Origin: an uncultured Bacilli bacterium
GTDB lineage: Bacteria; Bacillota_I; Bacilli_A; RF39; UBA660
Direction: 5' to 3'
Assembly: GCA_944332215.1 (NCBI GenBank)
Contig: CALVJP010000021.1
Span: 1 to 42,550 of the forward strand
DNA: 42,550 nucleotides
Numbering within the stretch: the stretch's first letter is position 1; each line of letters starts with the position of its first letter. Positions 9,604-19,874 of this stretch are shown one piece after another. The translations under genes and the position numbers were made by a program. Under the pieces are notes generated by a model that was given only the letters and a program-made list of their open reading frames with translations, searched no databases and was not told the origin of the DNA.

Positions 9604-9789
9604 TTATCCACCAACTTAAATATTAAGAAAATAGGGGAATAACTTCTTTTATTAACATATGTGTATTATTTAAAATTTATGCACATTGTGTATAAATTAT
9701 TTTTCCACAAATTATGTGGAAAAAACTAAAAATCCCTTATTTTTTTATAAAAAAAGAAATGTGGATAGTTTTTTTTAATTTTTTCCACA
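9604..9789. promoter_or_regulatory. oriC part 1: DnaA-box cluster upstream of dnaA
   Basis: TTATCCACC 9604, TTATGCACA 9677, TGTGTATAA 9687, TTTTCCACA 9701, TGTGGAAAA 9715, TGTGGATAG 9760, TTTTCCACA 9781. Confidence 0.88.
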
Positions 9790-9852
9790 GTTTTTCTGGC
9801 CTTTTTCGTCAAAATAATGTAAAATGGTGTTAAGACTTACAGATAGCGGGGG

Positions 9853-11193
9853 ATGTTTATGGACTTAGATAATATCTGGAGTGTCTTTTTAGAGAAAATA
9901 TCCTTAAAAGTAAAACCAGTTTTATTCGCCACTTGGTTTAAAGACACGAAATTAATCAAACTTACGGATGATTATGCTTTAGTTGAAGTACCATTAGATG
10001 TACACAAAAAACATTTAAAAGAAAATTATAGTGAAATTATCAAAGAAACCTTTATGGAAGTTACTGGCTCCATTTTCAACTTTGAATATGTCACAGAAGG
10101 CGAGCAGCAGCCAGAAGAGATAGTCATTAAAGAAAATAACGAAGCAATATTTGAAAGTGGACTCGATTCCAAATATAATTTTGAAAATTTCATTGCAGGG
10201 GAAAGTAATAAATTTGCTAAAGCTATTGGGGTGGCCGTGGCCGAAAAGCCGGGCAGTATGTATAATCCACTGTTTATCTATGGGAGTAGTGGTCTAGGAA
10301 AAACACATTTAATGCATGCCATTGGTAATTATATTATGGCAAACTCTAACAAAAAGGTCCTTTATGTTACTAGTGAGAAATTTGTCGATGATTTTTTAAG
10401 TCTCTACCGCAAAAATGATAATAATTTTAAAGCTGTGGATAACTTTAAGCGCAAATACCGCAATATCGATGTGCTCATGATCGATGATATTCAATATTTA
10501 GAAATTGCCTCAAAAACGCAGCAAGAATTTTTCAATACTTTTAATGAATTACACACTAAAAATAAACAAATTATTATTTCCTCAGATCGCTCACCAGACG
10601 ATTTAAAAAAACTTGAAGAAAGATTAAGAACCCGATTTAACTGGGGCCTAACAATTGATATTTTGCCCCCAGATTTCAACTTAAGAATGGCGATTTTAGA
10701 TAAAAAAATCGAAGCTCAAGGCATTAGTAGTTATGTTCCAGAAGAAGTTAAAGAATATATTGCCAGTAATTGTACAACTGATATTAGAAAACTAGAAGGA
10801 GCTTTAACCCGAGTATTTGCTTATGCTACGATTATGAATGGCTCAGAAATTACTATTGATTTAACAATTGAAGCTTTAAAAGATTATATTGGAAAAAACA
10901 TAATTTCAAAAAATAAAATCGATAAAGTTATTCAATTAGTTGCCAATAATTATAACATTACACCAGAAGATATTAAAAGTAAAAAAAGATTATCCAAAAT
11001 TGCCGTTCCAAGACAAATCGGCATGTATATCTGCCGTATTTATCTCAAGGAAAGTCTGCCTAAAATCGGTAGTGAATTTGGCGGGAAAGATCATACAACT
11101 GTAATGCATTCAGTGGATAAAATTAAAAGGGAAATAATTAATGACAAAACCTTGGAAGAAGAAATAAATAAAATTGTAGCTGAAATAAAGTAG
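9853..11193 (+). CDS. dnaA: Chromosomal replication initiator DnaA
   Basis: YNPLFIYGSSGLGKTHL, IDDIQ, RKLEGAL, GGKDHTTVMHS. Confidence 0.99.
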   Translation: MFMDLDNIWSVFLEKISLKVKPVLFATWFKDTKLIKLTDDYALVEVPLDVHKKHLKENYSEIIKETFMEVTGSIFNFEYVTEGEQQPEEIVIKENNEAIFESGLDSKYNFENFIAGESNKFAKAIGVAVAEKPGSMYNPLFIYGSSGLGKTHLMHAIGNYIMANSNKKVLYVTSEKFVDDFLSLYRKNDNNFKAVDNFKRKYRNIDVLMIDDIQYLEIASKTQQEFFNTFNELHTKNKQIIISSDRSPDDLKKLEERLRTRFNWGLTIDILPPDFNLRMAILDKKIEAQGISSYVPEEVKEYIASNCTTDIRKLEGALTRVFAYATIMNGSEITIDLTIEALKDYIGKNIISKNKIDKVIQLVANNYNITPEDIKSKKRLSKIAVPRQIGMYICRIYLKESLPKIGSEFGGKDHTTVMHSVDKIKREIINDKTLEEEINKIVAEIK

Positions 11194-11322
11194 GGGATAA
11201 CTTAAAGTATTCCACAATAAATAAACAGCTAAAAATATCAAAATACTGTTTATTTTAAAGCGAAAAACTTAGTTTTCCACTTTATCCACATTAATAATAA
11301 AAATATATTTAATAAATAAAAA
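11192..11322. promoter_or_regulatory. oriC part 2: DnaA boxes and probable DNA-unwinding element
   Basis: AGGGGATAA 11192, TATTCCACA 11208, tandem TTTTCCACT/TTATCCACA 11273-11290, then a pure A/T tract with TAA repeats; gene strand switches across this locus. Confidence 0.85.
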
Positions 11323-11336
11323 AAGGAGAAGATTAT

Positions 11337-12458
11337 ATGAAATTAGAAATTAAACAATCAGTCCTTTTAGAACATTTAAATTATGTTATAAAAGGGATTT
11401 CAACAAAAAATTTAAGACCTATTTTAAACTGCATTAAATTTGAATTAACTATGGATGGTTTATATTTAATGAGTACTGATAATGAAATTGCTATTAAAAC
11501 TTTTATTGATAAAAAAGATATTGAAAAAATTGAAAATTGTGGGGAAATTGTTGTCTCTGGACGCTATATATATGAGATAGTGCGCAAATTACCAGATGAA
11601 ATAATAAATATTGAAGAGGTTATTGATTCTAAAATTTATATTACCACCCTTAATTCATCTTTTAATTTAAACTGTAATAATGTCCATGAATTTCCTGATT
11701 TAGAATTAGAATATCGTAAAGATCCTATTATTCTTAATCAAAAAGTATTTAAAACTATTGTTAATCAAACTTCATTTGCCACTTCAACAGGGGAATCTCG
11801 TCCTGTTTTAACGGGGATTAACTTTAAAATAAGCAATAATATAATGGAATGTACCGCCACCGATTCTTATCGTTTAGCTATTAAAAAAATTGAATTACCA
11901 GCAGAAATTTCCGAAAACATCAATATCATTATTCCAACCAAAAACCTTTTAGAATTAGTAAAATTAATGAATGATGAGGAAGATCAGGTGGAAATGCATA
12001 TTTTCAATAATAAAGTTATCTTTAAATTTGCCACTTTAACGATGATGACACGACTAATCAGTGGGACTTATCCTGATACTTCTAAATTAATTCCTAATGA
12101 TTTTAATTTAACTATGAAAGTAAAACTAATTGATTTCTTTAGTGCTATTGACCGGGCTTCTTTATTAACAAACGACAGCGATAAAAATACGATCAAATTT
12201 GCGAGTAAAGGGGAAACTGTCATTATTTCTTCAAATATTCCTGAAATTGGTAATGTTGAAGAAAAAATTATGGTGGAAAAAAATAATGATGAAGATATAA
12301 AAATTGCTTTTAACTCAAAATTTATGATGGAATCGATTAAAGTGTTAGAATCTGATGAAATCGAATTATTATTTAATGGTGAATTTAAGCCGATCATTAT
12401 TAAAAACCCTGAAAGTGATGATTTATTACAATTAATATTACCAATAAGAACTTATTAA
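11337..12458 (+). CDS. dnaN: DNA polymerase III beta clamp
   Basis: SRPVLTG, ATDSYRLA, RLISGTYP, C-terminal LILPIRTY. Confidence 0.98.
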   Translation: MKLEIKQSVLLEHLNYVIKGISTKNLRPILNCIKFELTMDGLYLMSTDNEIAIKTFIDKKDIEKIENCGEIVVSGRYIYEIVRKLPDEIINIEEVIDSKIYITTLNSSFNLNCNNVHEFPDLELEYRKDPIILNQKVFKTIVNQTSFATSTGESRPVLTGINFKISNNIMECTATDSYRLAIKKIELPAEISENINIIIPTKNLLELVKLMNDEEDQVEMHIFNNKVIFKFATLTMMTRLISGTYPDTSKLIPNDFNLTMKVKLIDFFSAIDRASLLTNDSDKNTIKFASKGETVIISSNIPEIGNVEEKIMVEKNNDEDIKIAFNSKFMMESIKVLESDEIELLFNGEFKPIIIKNPESDDLLQLILPIRTY

Positions 12459-12487
12459 TTTAAGTTTTTTTCTTAAAAAAAATTCAT

Positions 12488-12543
12488 TTTGACAAAATTT
12501 GATAAATTTCGACAGCTTAAAGGAGTATAAGAAAGGTGTCGAT
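12488..12543. promoter_or_regulatory. Tandem Spo0A-box-like sites upstream of comK
   Basis: TTTGACA 12488, TTTGATA 12498, TTCGACA 12508 at 10-bp period (TTCGACA is the exact reverse complement of TGTCGAA), plus TGTCGAT 12537. Confidence 0.55.
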
Positions 12544-12568
12544 TTTTTATATCGATAGAGAGGGGGAA

Positions 12569-13024
12569 TTGGTTACGAAAACCGATTTATACGAAATTAC
12601 CAGTAGTACCTGTGCTTTAGTGGCGCTTGCTGAACGTCAAACTAAAGTCATCGAAAAACAGAGGAGCTTTATTATTAATAGGTCAGTATATGAAATATTA
12701 AGTTATAGTTGTGAATATTATGGAAGCTCCTTGGAAGGACGAATGAAAGGAGCTAAAAAACAACTTGGAATGGGGTATAAATTACCAATTACAATTGAAG
12801 GAAGCCAAGAAATAATAATTTTTCCTACCACGTCACCTACTAGAGATGATTGTTCCTGGATTGCCATTAAAAATATTGATACTTACCGGGCAATTGATAA
12901 TTGTGTTGAAGTGCATTTTTTCGGAGGAGCTAAAGAAATTTTTGAGTTATCGATAGACTCTTTAGAAAATCAAATGTTCCGAGCTACCAAACTAATGATG
13001 ATTATTCGAAATCGAAAATCATAA
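12569..13024 (+). CDS. comK: ComK-family competence transcription factor (probable TTG start 12569)
   Basis: YEI, SCEYYGSSLEGR, YKLPITI, IFPTTSP..DDCSWI match the ComK family; RBS GAGGGGG precedes TTG 12569. Confidence 0.85.
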   Translation: MVTKTDLYEITSSTCALVALAERQTKVIEKQRSFIINRSVYEILSYSCEYYGSSLEGRMKGAKKQLGMGYKLPITIEGSQEIIIFPTTSPTRDDCSWIAIKNIDTYRAIDNCVEVHFFGGAKEIFELSIDSLENQMFRATKLMMIIRNRKS

Positions 13025-13050
13025 AAATAAGCGTTAATTCGCTTATTTTT
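13023..13050 (+). terminator. Intrinsic terminator after comK
   Basis: AAAAATAAGCG-ttaatt-CGCTTATTTTT. Confidence 0.75.
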
Positions 13051-13154
13051 GCTTTTTTAGGCGATTTTTGTGGTATAATGTAATAGAGGTATAGGAGTAC
13101 TACAAAGACCACTTTTTCATAGAATGACGTTTTAAAATTGAAAAGAGGAAAAAC

Positions 13155-14267
13155 ATGATTCTAAAAAATATCGAAATTAGAAATTTTAGAAACTACGAGC
13201 AACTGAGTTTACAATTGCATCCTCAGCTCAATATTATTTATGGAAATAATGGGGAAGGGAAAACTAATCTTTTAGAAAGTATTTATGTTTTAGCTTTCAC
13301 TAAATCTCACCGTTCCTTTATTGATCATAATTTAATTAAAAGTGGAGCCGAAACGGCGGTATTAAAAGGAACTATACTAAACAATATAACTTATAATCTT
13401 GAGATAATCTTAAATAAGACGAAAAAAACCTTGAAAATTGATAATAATATCGAAACAAAAACTGGGTCCTACATTGAAAAAATGAATATTATTATTTTTT
13501 ATTCTGAAGATTTGGAATTAATTAAAGGTTTTCCTGGAGCAAGACGCAAATACTTGAATCTTGAATTAAGTCAAATCTCACAAAATTATTATAATACCTT
13601 AAATGATTATAATAAATTGCTAAAAATTCGCAATGATTATTTAAAACAATTAAACCAGGGACAACATATTGATGAAGGCTATTTTGATATTCTCACCGAT
13701 TATCTTGTGGAAAAAAGTGTTTTTCTTTATCAAATGCGGGAACGTTTTTTAACGCGATTAAATAAAATATGTCCTAAAATATTTAAAGATATTGCCAAAA
13801 AAGATGGTTTTAAATTGCGATATGTTCCATCTGTCGAATTTACCAATATGGAAAAAGATACTATTAGAACAGAATTAAAACAGATTTTGAACACTAATTT
13901 AGACAAGGATATTAAATTTAAAACGACTTTATATGGTCCGCATCGTGATGATTTTGAGTTTTATCTTGGTCATAAAAATTTAAAATATTATGGATCTCAA
14001 GGTCAACAACGGGTAGCTGTCCTTGCCTTAAAACTATCAGAAATCGAATTATTTAAAGATTATAAGCAAACAAGTCCAATAATTTTGCTTGATGATGTTT
14101 TTAGTGAACTGGATAATGATAAAAAAAATAACCTTTTATCTTATATTGATAATGATATGCAAGTGATAATTACGACTACAGATTTAGAAAATATTGATAA
14201 AAAGATTATTGACAAAGCAAAACTGATCAACATCCAAAATGGCAAAATAATTAAAGAGGTGAAATAA
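13155..14267 (+). CDS. recF: DNA replication/repair protein RecF
   Basis: [35 protein letters not shown]. Confidence 0.97.
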   Translation: MILKNIEIRNFRNYEQLSLQLHPQLNIIYGNNGEGKTNLLESIYVLAFTKSHRSFIDHNLIKSGAETAVLKGTILNNITYNLEIILNKTKKTLKIDNNIETKTGSYIEKMNIIIFYSEDLELIKGFPGARRKYLNLELSQISQNYYNTLNDYNKLLKIRNDYLKQLNQGQHIDEGYFDILTDYLVEKSVFLYQMRERFLTRLNKICPKIFKDIAKKDGFKLRYVPSVEFTNMEKDTIRTELKQILNTNLDKDIKFKTTLYGPHRDDFEFYLGHKNLKYYGSQGQQRVAVLALKLSEIELFKDYKQTSPIILLDDVFSELDNDKKNNLLSYIDNDMQVIITTTDLENIDKKIIDKAKLINIQNGKIIKEVK

Positions 14268-16189
14268 TGCAAGAAAAAGAACATTACAATGAATCTGACA
14301 TTCAGGTTTTAGAAGGCTTAGAAGCTGTGCGCAAAAGACCGGGAATGTATATTGGAACAACAGATGTTAAAGGTTTACATCATTTAGTTTGGGAAATTGT
14401 GGATAACTCCATCGATGAAGCTTTAGCTGGCTATTGTAACAATATTGAAATTATCATTAATAAAGATAATTCAATTACGGTGAAAGATAATGGCCGTGGT
14501 ATTCCAACCGGTGTCCATCCTAAAACCGGTTTATCAACCGTTGAAACGGTTTATACTGTTTTACACGCTGGTGGTAAGTTTGGTGGCGGTGGCTACAAAG
14601 TTTCTGGTGGCTTGCACGGGGTTGGAGCTTCTGTTGTCAATGCTCTTTCTAAAAGTGTTACTGTTACTGTTTATAAAGAGGGCCAAATCCATGAAGCTAA
14701 ATTTGCCGACGGTGGTAAAACCATTCAAAAATTAACGGTTGTTGGAACTTGCAGTCCAGATCGCACCGGAACGACGGTTACTTTTAAACCAGATCCTGAT
14801 ATTTTTGATACTGACATATATAACTATGAAACGCTTAAAGTGCGTACGCGAGAATTAGCCTTTCTTAATAAAGGTTTGAGCTTAACTTTAAGAGATGACC
14901 GCGATGATGAAGATACGACGGGGGAAACTTTCCACTACGAAGGTGGTATTAGTGAATATGTCCGCTACTTAAATAAAAATAAGACAACTATCCAAAATGA
15001 AATCATCCATTTAGAAGGTGAAGAAAATGGTGTTATTTTTGAAGTGGCTTTACAATACAATACCGGTTATACTGATAGTATTTATTCTTTCGTTAATAAC
15101 ATTAATACGCACGATGGGGGTACCCATGAAGAAGGCGTTCGCCGAGCTTTAACCCGCATTTTAAACAGTTATGCTCGTAAGACTAATCTGTTAAAAGAAA
15201 AAGACGACTCCTTAAGTGGCGATGATGTTAAAGAGGGTTTAACCATGATTATCTCTTGTAAACATCCAAATCCACAATTTGAAGGTCAAACTAAAGGCCG
15301 TTTAGGTAATTCTGAAGTGCGCAAAATAGCGGATAATGTTTTTGCGGCTGGATTTGAACGATATTTATTAGAACATCCTGACGAAGCTAAAGTAATTGTT
15401 GAAAAAAATATGACAGCTGCTCGCGCACGAATTGCTGCTAAAAAAGCTCGTGAATTAACTAGACGTAAAAGTGACTTAGATGTGGTTAATTTTGGCGGCA
15501 AATTAGTCGACTGTAAAGATAAAGATCCTGTCAAATGTGAAATTTTCTTAGTCGAAGGAGATTCTGCTGGAGGCTCGGCTCTTAAAGGTCGTGATTCTAT
15601 GACCCAGGCGATTTTGCCTTTAAGAGGTAAAATTTTAAATGTGGAAAAAGCTCGTTTAGATAGAGCCTTAAGTAATGAGGAAATTCGAACAATTATTACT
15701 GCTTTTGGTACTGGAATTGGCCAAGAATTTGATTTAAGTAAATTAAGGTATCATAAAATTATTATCATGACCGATGCCGATGTTGATGGCTCCCATATTC
15801 GGGTTTTATTACTTACTTTATTCTATCGTTTCTTTAAGCCAATAGTTGAAGCAGGCCATGTTTATGCGGCTCAGCCTCCGCTATTTTGTATCAAGCATGG
15901 TAAAACTATTAAATATGTTTTAAATGAAGAAGAAAGGGATGCTTATTTAGCTTCATTAAACCCTAATACTAAATATGATATTGCACGAATGAAAGGGTTA
16001 GGAGAAATGGACCCTGAAGAATTAAATGAGACTACCATGGATATTAATACTCGTATTTTAAGAAAAATAACTGTTAATGATGCTATTGCTGCTGATGAAG
16101 CTTTTTCAAAATTAATGGGTGAGGAAGTGGAGCCTCGCCGCCAATTTATTGAAACTAATGCGCTATATGCAGAAAATTTAGATATATAG
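14267..16189 (+). CDS. gyrB: DNA gyrase subunit B
   Basis: [35 protein letters not shown]. Confidence 0.98.
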   Translation: MQEKEHYNESDIQVLEGLEAVRKRPGMYIGTTDVKGLHHLVWEIVDNSIDEALAGYCNNIEIIINKDNSITVKDNGRGIPTGVHPKTGLSTVETVYTVLHAGGKFGGGGYKVSGGLHGVGASVVNALSKSVTVTVYKEGQIHEAKFADGGKTIQKLTVVGTCSPDRTGTTVTFKPDPDIFDTDIYNYETLKVRTRELAFLNKGLSLTLRDDRDDEDTTGETFHYEGGISEYVRYLNKNKTTIQNEIIHLEGEENGVIFEVALQYNTGYTDSIYSFVNNINTHDGGTHEEGVRRALTRILNSYARKTNLLKEKDDSLSGDDVKEGLTMIISCKHPNPQFEGQTKGRLGNSEVRKIADNVFAAGFERYLLEHPDEAKVIVEKNMTAARARIAAKKARELTRRKSDLDVVNFGGKLVDCKDKDPVKCEIFLVEGDSAGGSALKGRDSMTQAILPLRGKILNVEKARLDRALSNEEIRTIITAFGTGIGQEFDLSKLRYHKIIIMTDADVDGSHIRVLLLTLFYRFFKPIVEAGHVYAAQPPLFCIKHGKTIKYVLNEEERDAYLASLNPNTKYDIARMKGLGEMDPEELNETTMDINTRILRKITVNDAIAADEAFSKLMGEEVEPRRQFIETNALYAENLDI

Positions 16190-16199
16190 GAGGTGAAGT

Positions 16200-18674
16200 A
16201 TGGATCATAGTAGAGATAGATTAGAAGAAAACAACATAGTTAATGAAATAGAAACATCATTTTTAGAATATTCTATGAGTGTTATTGTGGCGCGTGCTTT
16301 ACCTGATTTGCGCGATGGTTTAAAGCCTGTTCACCGCCGTATTTTATATTCAATGTATGAATCTGGTTATACACCAGATAAACCGCATAAAAAAAGTGCG
16401 AGAATTGTTGGAGATGTTATGGGTAAATATCATCCTCATGGTGATTCTAGTATTTATGAAGCCATGGTGAGAATGGCTCAGGATTTTAGTTATCGCTATA
16501 TGCTGGTTGATGGCCATGGTAACTTTGGAAATATTGATGGTTATGGTGCAGCAGCTATGCGTTATACAGAATCTCGATTATCCAAAATATCTTTAGAATT
16601 ATTAAGAGATATTAATAAGGATACTGTTGATTTTGATAATAATTTTGATGAAACAGAAAAAGAGCCAACGGTTTTACCTTCGAGATTTCCTAATATTTTA
16701 GTTAATGGAACTATGGGAATTGCGGTTGGAATGGCTACCAATATTCCACCGCATAACTTAGGCGAGGTTATCGATGGTTGTATTGCTTATATTGATGATC
16801 CAACTATTGATACCTTAGGTTTAATGCAACATATTAAGGGGCCAGATTTTCCAACAGGAGCCATTATCTTAGGTAATAGTGGTATTAAAAAAGCTTATGA
16901 AACCGGAAAAGGGACAATTACTGTTCGTAGTAGGGCAACTATCGAAGAAAAAAATGGCAAACAATATATCATTATTGATGAGGTTCCATATGGTGTGAAT
17001 ACTTTTGATCTTAAAAATAAAGTAGCTGAATTAGTCCATAGTAAAGTGATTGAGGGAATATCTGATTATCATACTGATTTAAAAGAGGGAATTAAAATTA
17101 CGATTACCTTGAAAAAAGATGCTAATGCTCAAGTTGTTTTAAATAATTTATATAAACATACTCAATTCCAAATTAGTTATGGCATCACTTTATTAATGCT
17201 AGATAATGGCGTTCCTAGGACTTTAGGTTTAAGAGATATTATTTCAAAATATATTGATTATCAAAAGGAAATTATTATTAGACGAACTCGCTTTGATTTA
17301 AATAAAGCGGAAAAACGCGTTCATATTTTAGAGGGATTAAAAATAGCCTTAGATAATATTGATGAAATCATTAAATTAATTAAAGCTTCTAAAAGTGATG
17401 AACAAGCTCAAACAGAGTTGATGGAACGCTTTGCTCTTACGGAAATTCAAGCCACGGCGATTCTTGAAATGAAATTAAGACGTTTGACTGGCTTAGAACG
17501 AGCAAAAATTGAAGAAGAATTGAAAGAATTATTAGAAAGAATCGCTTATTATCAAGAAATTCTAAATTCTGAACAAAAAGTTTTAAATATAATTAGAGAA
17601 GAATTGTTAGAAATTAAAAACAAATATAGCGATGAACGACGAACTGATATTGATATGACGGCGATTGACTATATCGAGGATGAATCATTAATTCCGGTGG
17701 AAAATATCGTTATAACTTTAACTAATCGTGGCTATATTAAACGCATGAATAGTGAGACTTATAAAACCCAAAATAGAGGTGGCGTAGGTATTAAGGGAAT
17801 GAGTACGAACGAAAATGATTTTGTGGAAAATCTTATTTCCATGACCACGCATGACTATTTAATGTTCTTTACTAATCATGGAAAAGTTTATCGTGTTAAA
17901 GGTTATGAGATTCCTCAATTTAGTAGACAGTCTAAAGGTTTACCAATAGTTAACTTATTACCATTAGAAAAAGATGAAATAGTCAAAGCTATGCTAAAAG
18001 TTAGCCCTAGTGAAGAAAAAAACAATATTGTATTTTGTACACAAAATGGTTTGATTAAAAGAACTGCTTTGAAAGAATTTGAAAATATTCGAACTAATGG
18101 GAAAATAGCGATCACTTTAAAAGAAGGCGATCAATTAATTTCGGTTAAAAAGACCAGTGGCGAAAATGAAATCATTATTGCTTCTTCAAATGGACGAATG
18201 ATCCGTTTTGATGAAAGAGAAATTAGAATTATGGGTCGTACTGCTGCGGGCGTAAAAGGTATTGATTTAGATAATGGTATTTGTGTAGGATGTGAAATAG
18301 CCGAAAAAGGTGAGCAAATTTTAGTAGTTACTGAAAATGGTTATGGAAAACGGACTGATACTGAAGAATACCGTATGACTCATCGTGGAAGTAAAGGCGT
18401 GAAAGGTTTAAATATTACAGATAAAAATGGAAATATTGTTGCTTTTAAATTAGTACATGGTGATGAAGATCTTATGATTATTACTAATAGTGGTATGATA
18501 ATTAGGTTAGCTGTAGAACAGATTTCTAGCACAGGCCGTGTTGCTCAAGGCGTTAGATTAATAAATCTAAAAGATGGTCAAAAGGTTAGTAATGTTGCTT
18601 TAATTGCTAAAGAAGAAAATGATGAGGAAAATTTAGACGAATCAAACATGATCGAAAATAGAAATGAAGAATAA
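16200..18674 (+). CDS. gyrA: DNA gyrase subunit A
   Basis: [24 protein letters not shown], GyrA-box QNRGGVG. Confidence 0.98.
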   Translation: MDHSRDRLEENNIVNEIETSFLEYSMSVIVARALPDLRDGLKPVHRRILYSMYESGYTPDKPHKKSARIVGDVMGKYHPHGDSSIYEAMVRMAQDFSYRYMLVDGHGNFGNIDGYGAAAMRYTESRLSKISLELLRDINKDTVDFDNNFDETEKEPTVLPSRFPNILVNGTMGIAVGMATNIPPHNLGEVIDGCIAYIDDPTIDTLGLMQHIKGPDFPTGAIILGNSGIKKAYETGKGTITVRSRATIEEKNGKQYIIIDEVPYGVNTFDLKNKVAELVHSKVIEGISDYHTDLKEGIKITITLKKDANAQVVLNNLYKHTQFQISYGITLLMLDNGVPRTLGLRDIISKYIDYQKEIIIRRTRFDLNKAEKRVHILEGLKIALDNIDEIIKLIKASKSDEQAQTELMERFALTEIQATAILEMKLRRLTGLERAKIEEELKELLERIAYYQEILNSEQKVLNIIREELLEIKNKYSDERRTDIDMTAIDYIEDESLIPVENIVITLTNRGYIKRMNSETYKTQNRGGVGIKGMSTNENDFVENLISMTTHDYLMFFTNHGKVYRVKGYEIPQFSRQSKGLPIVNLLPLEKDEIVKAMLKVSPSEEKNNIVFCTQNGLIKRTALKEFENIRTNGKIAITLKEGDQLISVKKTSGENEIIIASSNGRMIRFDEREIRIMGRTAAGVKGIDLDNGICVGCEIAEKGEQILVVTENGYGKRTDTEEYRMTHRGSKGVKGLNITDKNGNIVAFKLVHGDEDLMIITNSGMIIRLAVEQISSTGRVAQGVRLINLKDGQKVSNVALIAKEENDEENLDESNMIENRNEE

Positions 18675-18676
18675 AC

Positions 18677-19278
18677 AATGTTTCACGTGAAACATTGTTT
18701 TCTTTTTCACTATCTAGTTTACTAATGTTTCACGTGAAACATTGAAATATAGTAAATAATAAAGTAAATTGTTTTTTAATAATTAGAAATAGCGATATAT
18801 AATTACAATTAATAATATTTAATAGTTAATAATGTTTCACGTGAAACATTGGGATATAGTAAATAATGAAGTAAATTTTTTTTATAATTAAAAATAGTGA
18901 TATATAATTTCAATTATTAATATTTTAATGGTTACTAATGTTTCACGTGAAACATTGGAATATAGAAAATAATAAAGTAAATTGTTTTTTAATAATTAGA
19001 AATAGTGATATATAATTTCAATTAATAATATTTAATAGTTAATAATGTTTCACGTGAAACATTGGAATATGGAAAATAATAAAGTAAATTATTTTTTTTA
19101 ATAATTAAAAATAGCGATATATAATTTTAATTAATAATATTTAATAGTTAATAATGTTTCACGTGAAACATTGGGATATAGTAAATAATAAAGTAAATTG
19201 TTTTTTTTAATAATTAAAAATAGTGATATATTTTAATTAATAATATTTAATAGTCAATAATGTTTCACGTGAAACATT
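18677..19278. promoter_or_regulatory. Seven perfect parS sites (TGTTTCACGTGAAACA)
   Basis: 16-mer starts at 18679, 18726, 18833, 18939, 19046, 19155, 19261; each extended to the 20-bp palindrome AATGTTTCACGTGAAACATT; matches the Spo0J/ParB consensus TGTTNCACGTGAAACA. Confidence 0.93.
18724..19278. repeat. Tandem repeat: five ~107-bp units plus a terminal parS
   Basis: Unit lengths 107, 106, 107, 109, 106 bp; near-identical, very AT-rich linkers between invariant parS palindromes. Confidence 0.95.
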
Positions 19279-19321
19279 GTTTAGATTGCATTTTTTATTA
19301 AAATCATATAATATATTAATT

Positions 19322-19394
19322 GGCACAATGTTTATATCTGAAACAGGTCAGGGTCGGAAGACAGCAGCCTTAAGGATCACTAAACATGTGTGCC
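19322..19394 (+). ncRNA. ffs: Small (4.5S-type) SRP RNA, about 73 nt
   Basis: Helix-8 motif GTCAGG-GTC-GGAA-GAC-AGCAGC; terminal pairing GGCACA..TGTTTA / TAAACA..TGTGCC; T-run downstream; TTGCAT-17-TAATAT promoter at 19286-19314; next to tadA/dnaX. Confidence 0.92.
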
Positions 19395-19412
19395 TTTTAA
19401 TTAGGTGATAAT

Positions 19413-19817
19413 GTGAACAAATATATGAAATTAGCTTTTAAAGAAGCTGAAAAATCAATTAACACAGGAGACGTTCCTGTCGGAGCAGTAATTGTGGAAA
19501 ACGGAAAAGTTATTTCCAAAGCTCATAATACCAAAGAAAAAAATAAAATAGTAACTCGTCATGCAGAAATAAATGCTGTGGAAAAAGCTTGTAAAAAAAA
19601 ACAGGGGTGGTATTTAAACCAGTGTGAAATGTATGTAACCCTTGAACCATGTAAAATGTGCATGGGGGCTATCGAACATGCGCGAATAAAAAAAATAATT
19701 TATGCTGCTCCTCGTGATAAAAAAGACACTCTAAAAATTCCAGAAAAAATTCAAGGAGAAGGACTTCAAAAATCCCAAGAAATACTAAAAAACTTTTTCG
19801 AAAACAAAAGGAAATAA
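19413..19817 (+). CDS. tadA: tRNA adenosine deaminase TadA-like
   Basis: VPVGAVIV, HAE, TLEPCKMC; precedes dnaX. Confidence 0.88.
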   Translation: MNKYMKLAFKEAEKSINTGDVPVGAVIVENGKVISKAHNTKEKNKIVTRHAEINAVEKACKKKQGWYLNQCEMYVTLEPCKMCMGAIEHARIKKIIYAAPRDKKDTLKIPEKIQGEGLQKSQEILKNFFENKRK

Positions 19818-19874
19818 AGTAAAGTTATTCCCTTTTTTGTGCTATAATTAAAATATAATTTAGAAGGTGATTGC

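Noticed and set aside
2625-14406. Isolated perfect DnaA boxes inside rsmG (2625), dnaA (10434) and gyrB (14398)
   Set aside because: Single intragenic 9-mers explained by coding constraints (e.g. IVDN in GyrB); not clustered.
18677-19278. CRISPR array (palindromic repeats at regular spacing)
   Set aside because: Intervening ~87-bp segments are near-identical rather than unique spacers, the repeat is the parS consensus, and no cas genes are in the window.
18724-19278. Resemblance to yeast point centromere (TCACGTG plus ~85 bp AT-rich DNA)
   Set aside because: TCACGTG is simply the centre of parS; no CDEIII-like element, and the context is bacterial. Treated as coincidence.
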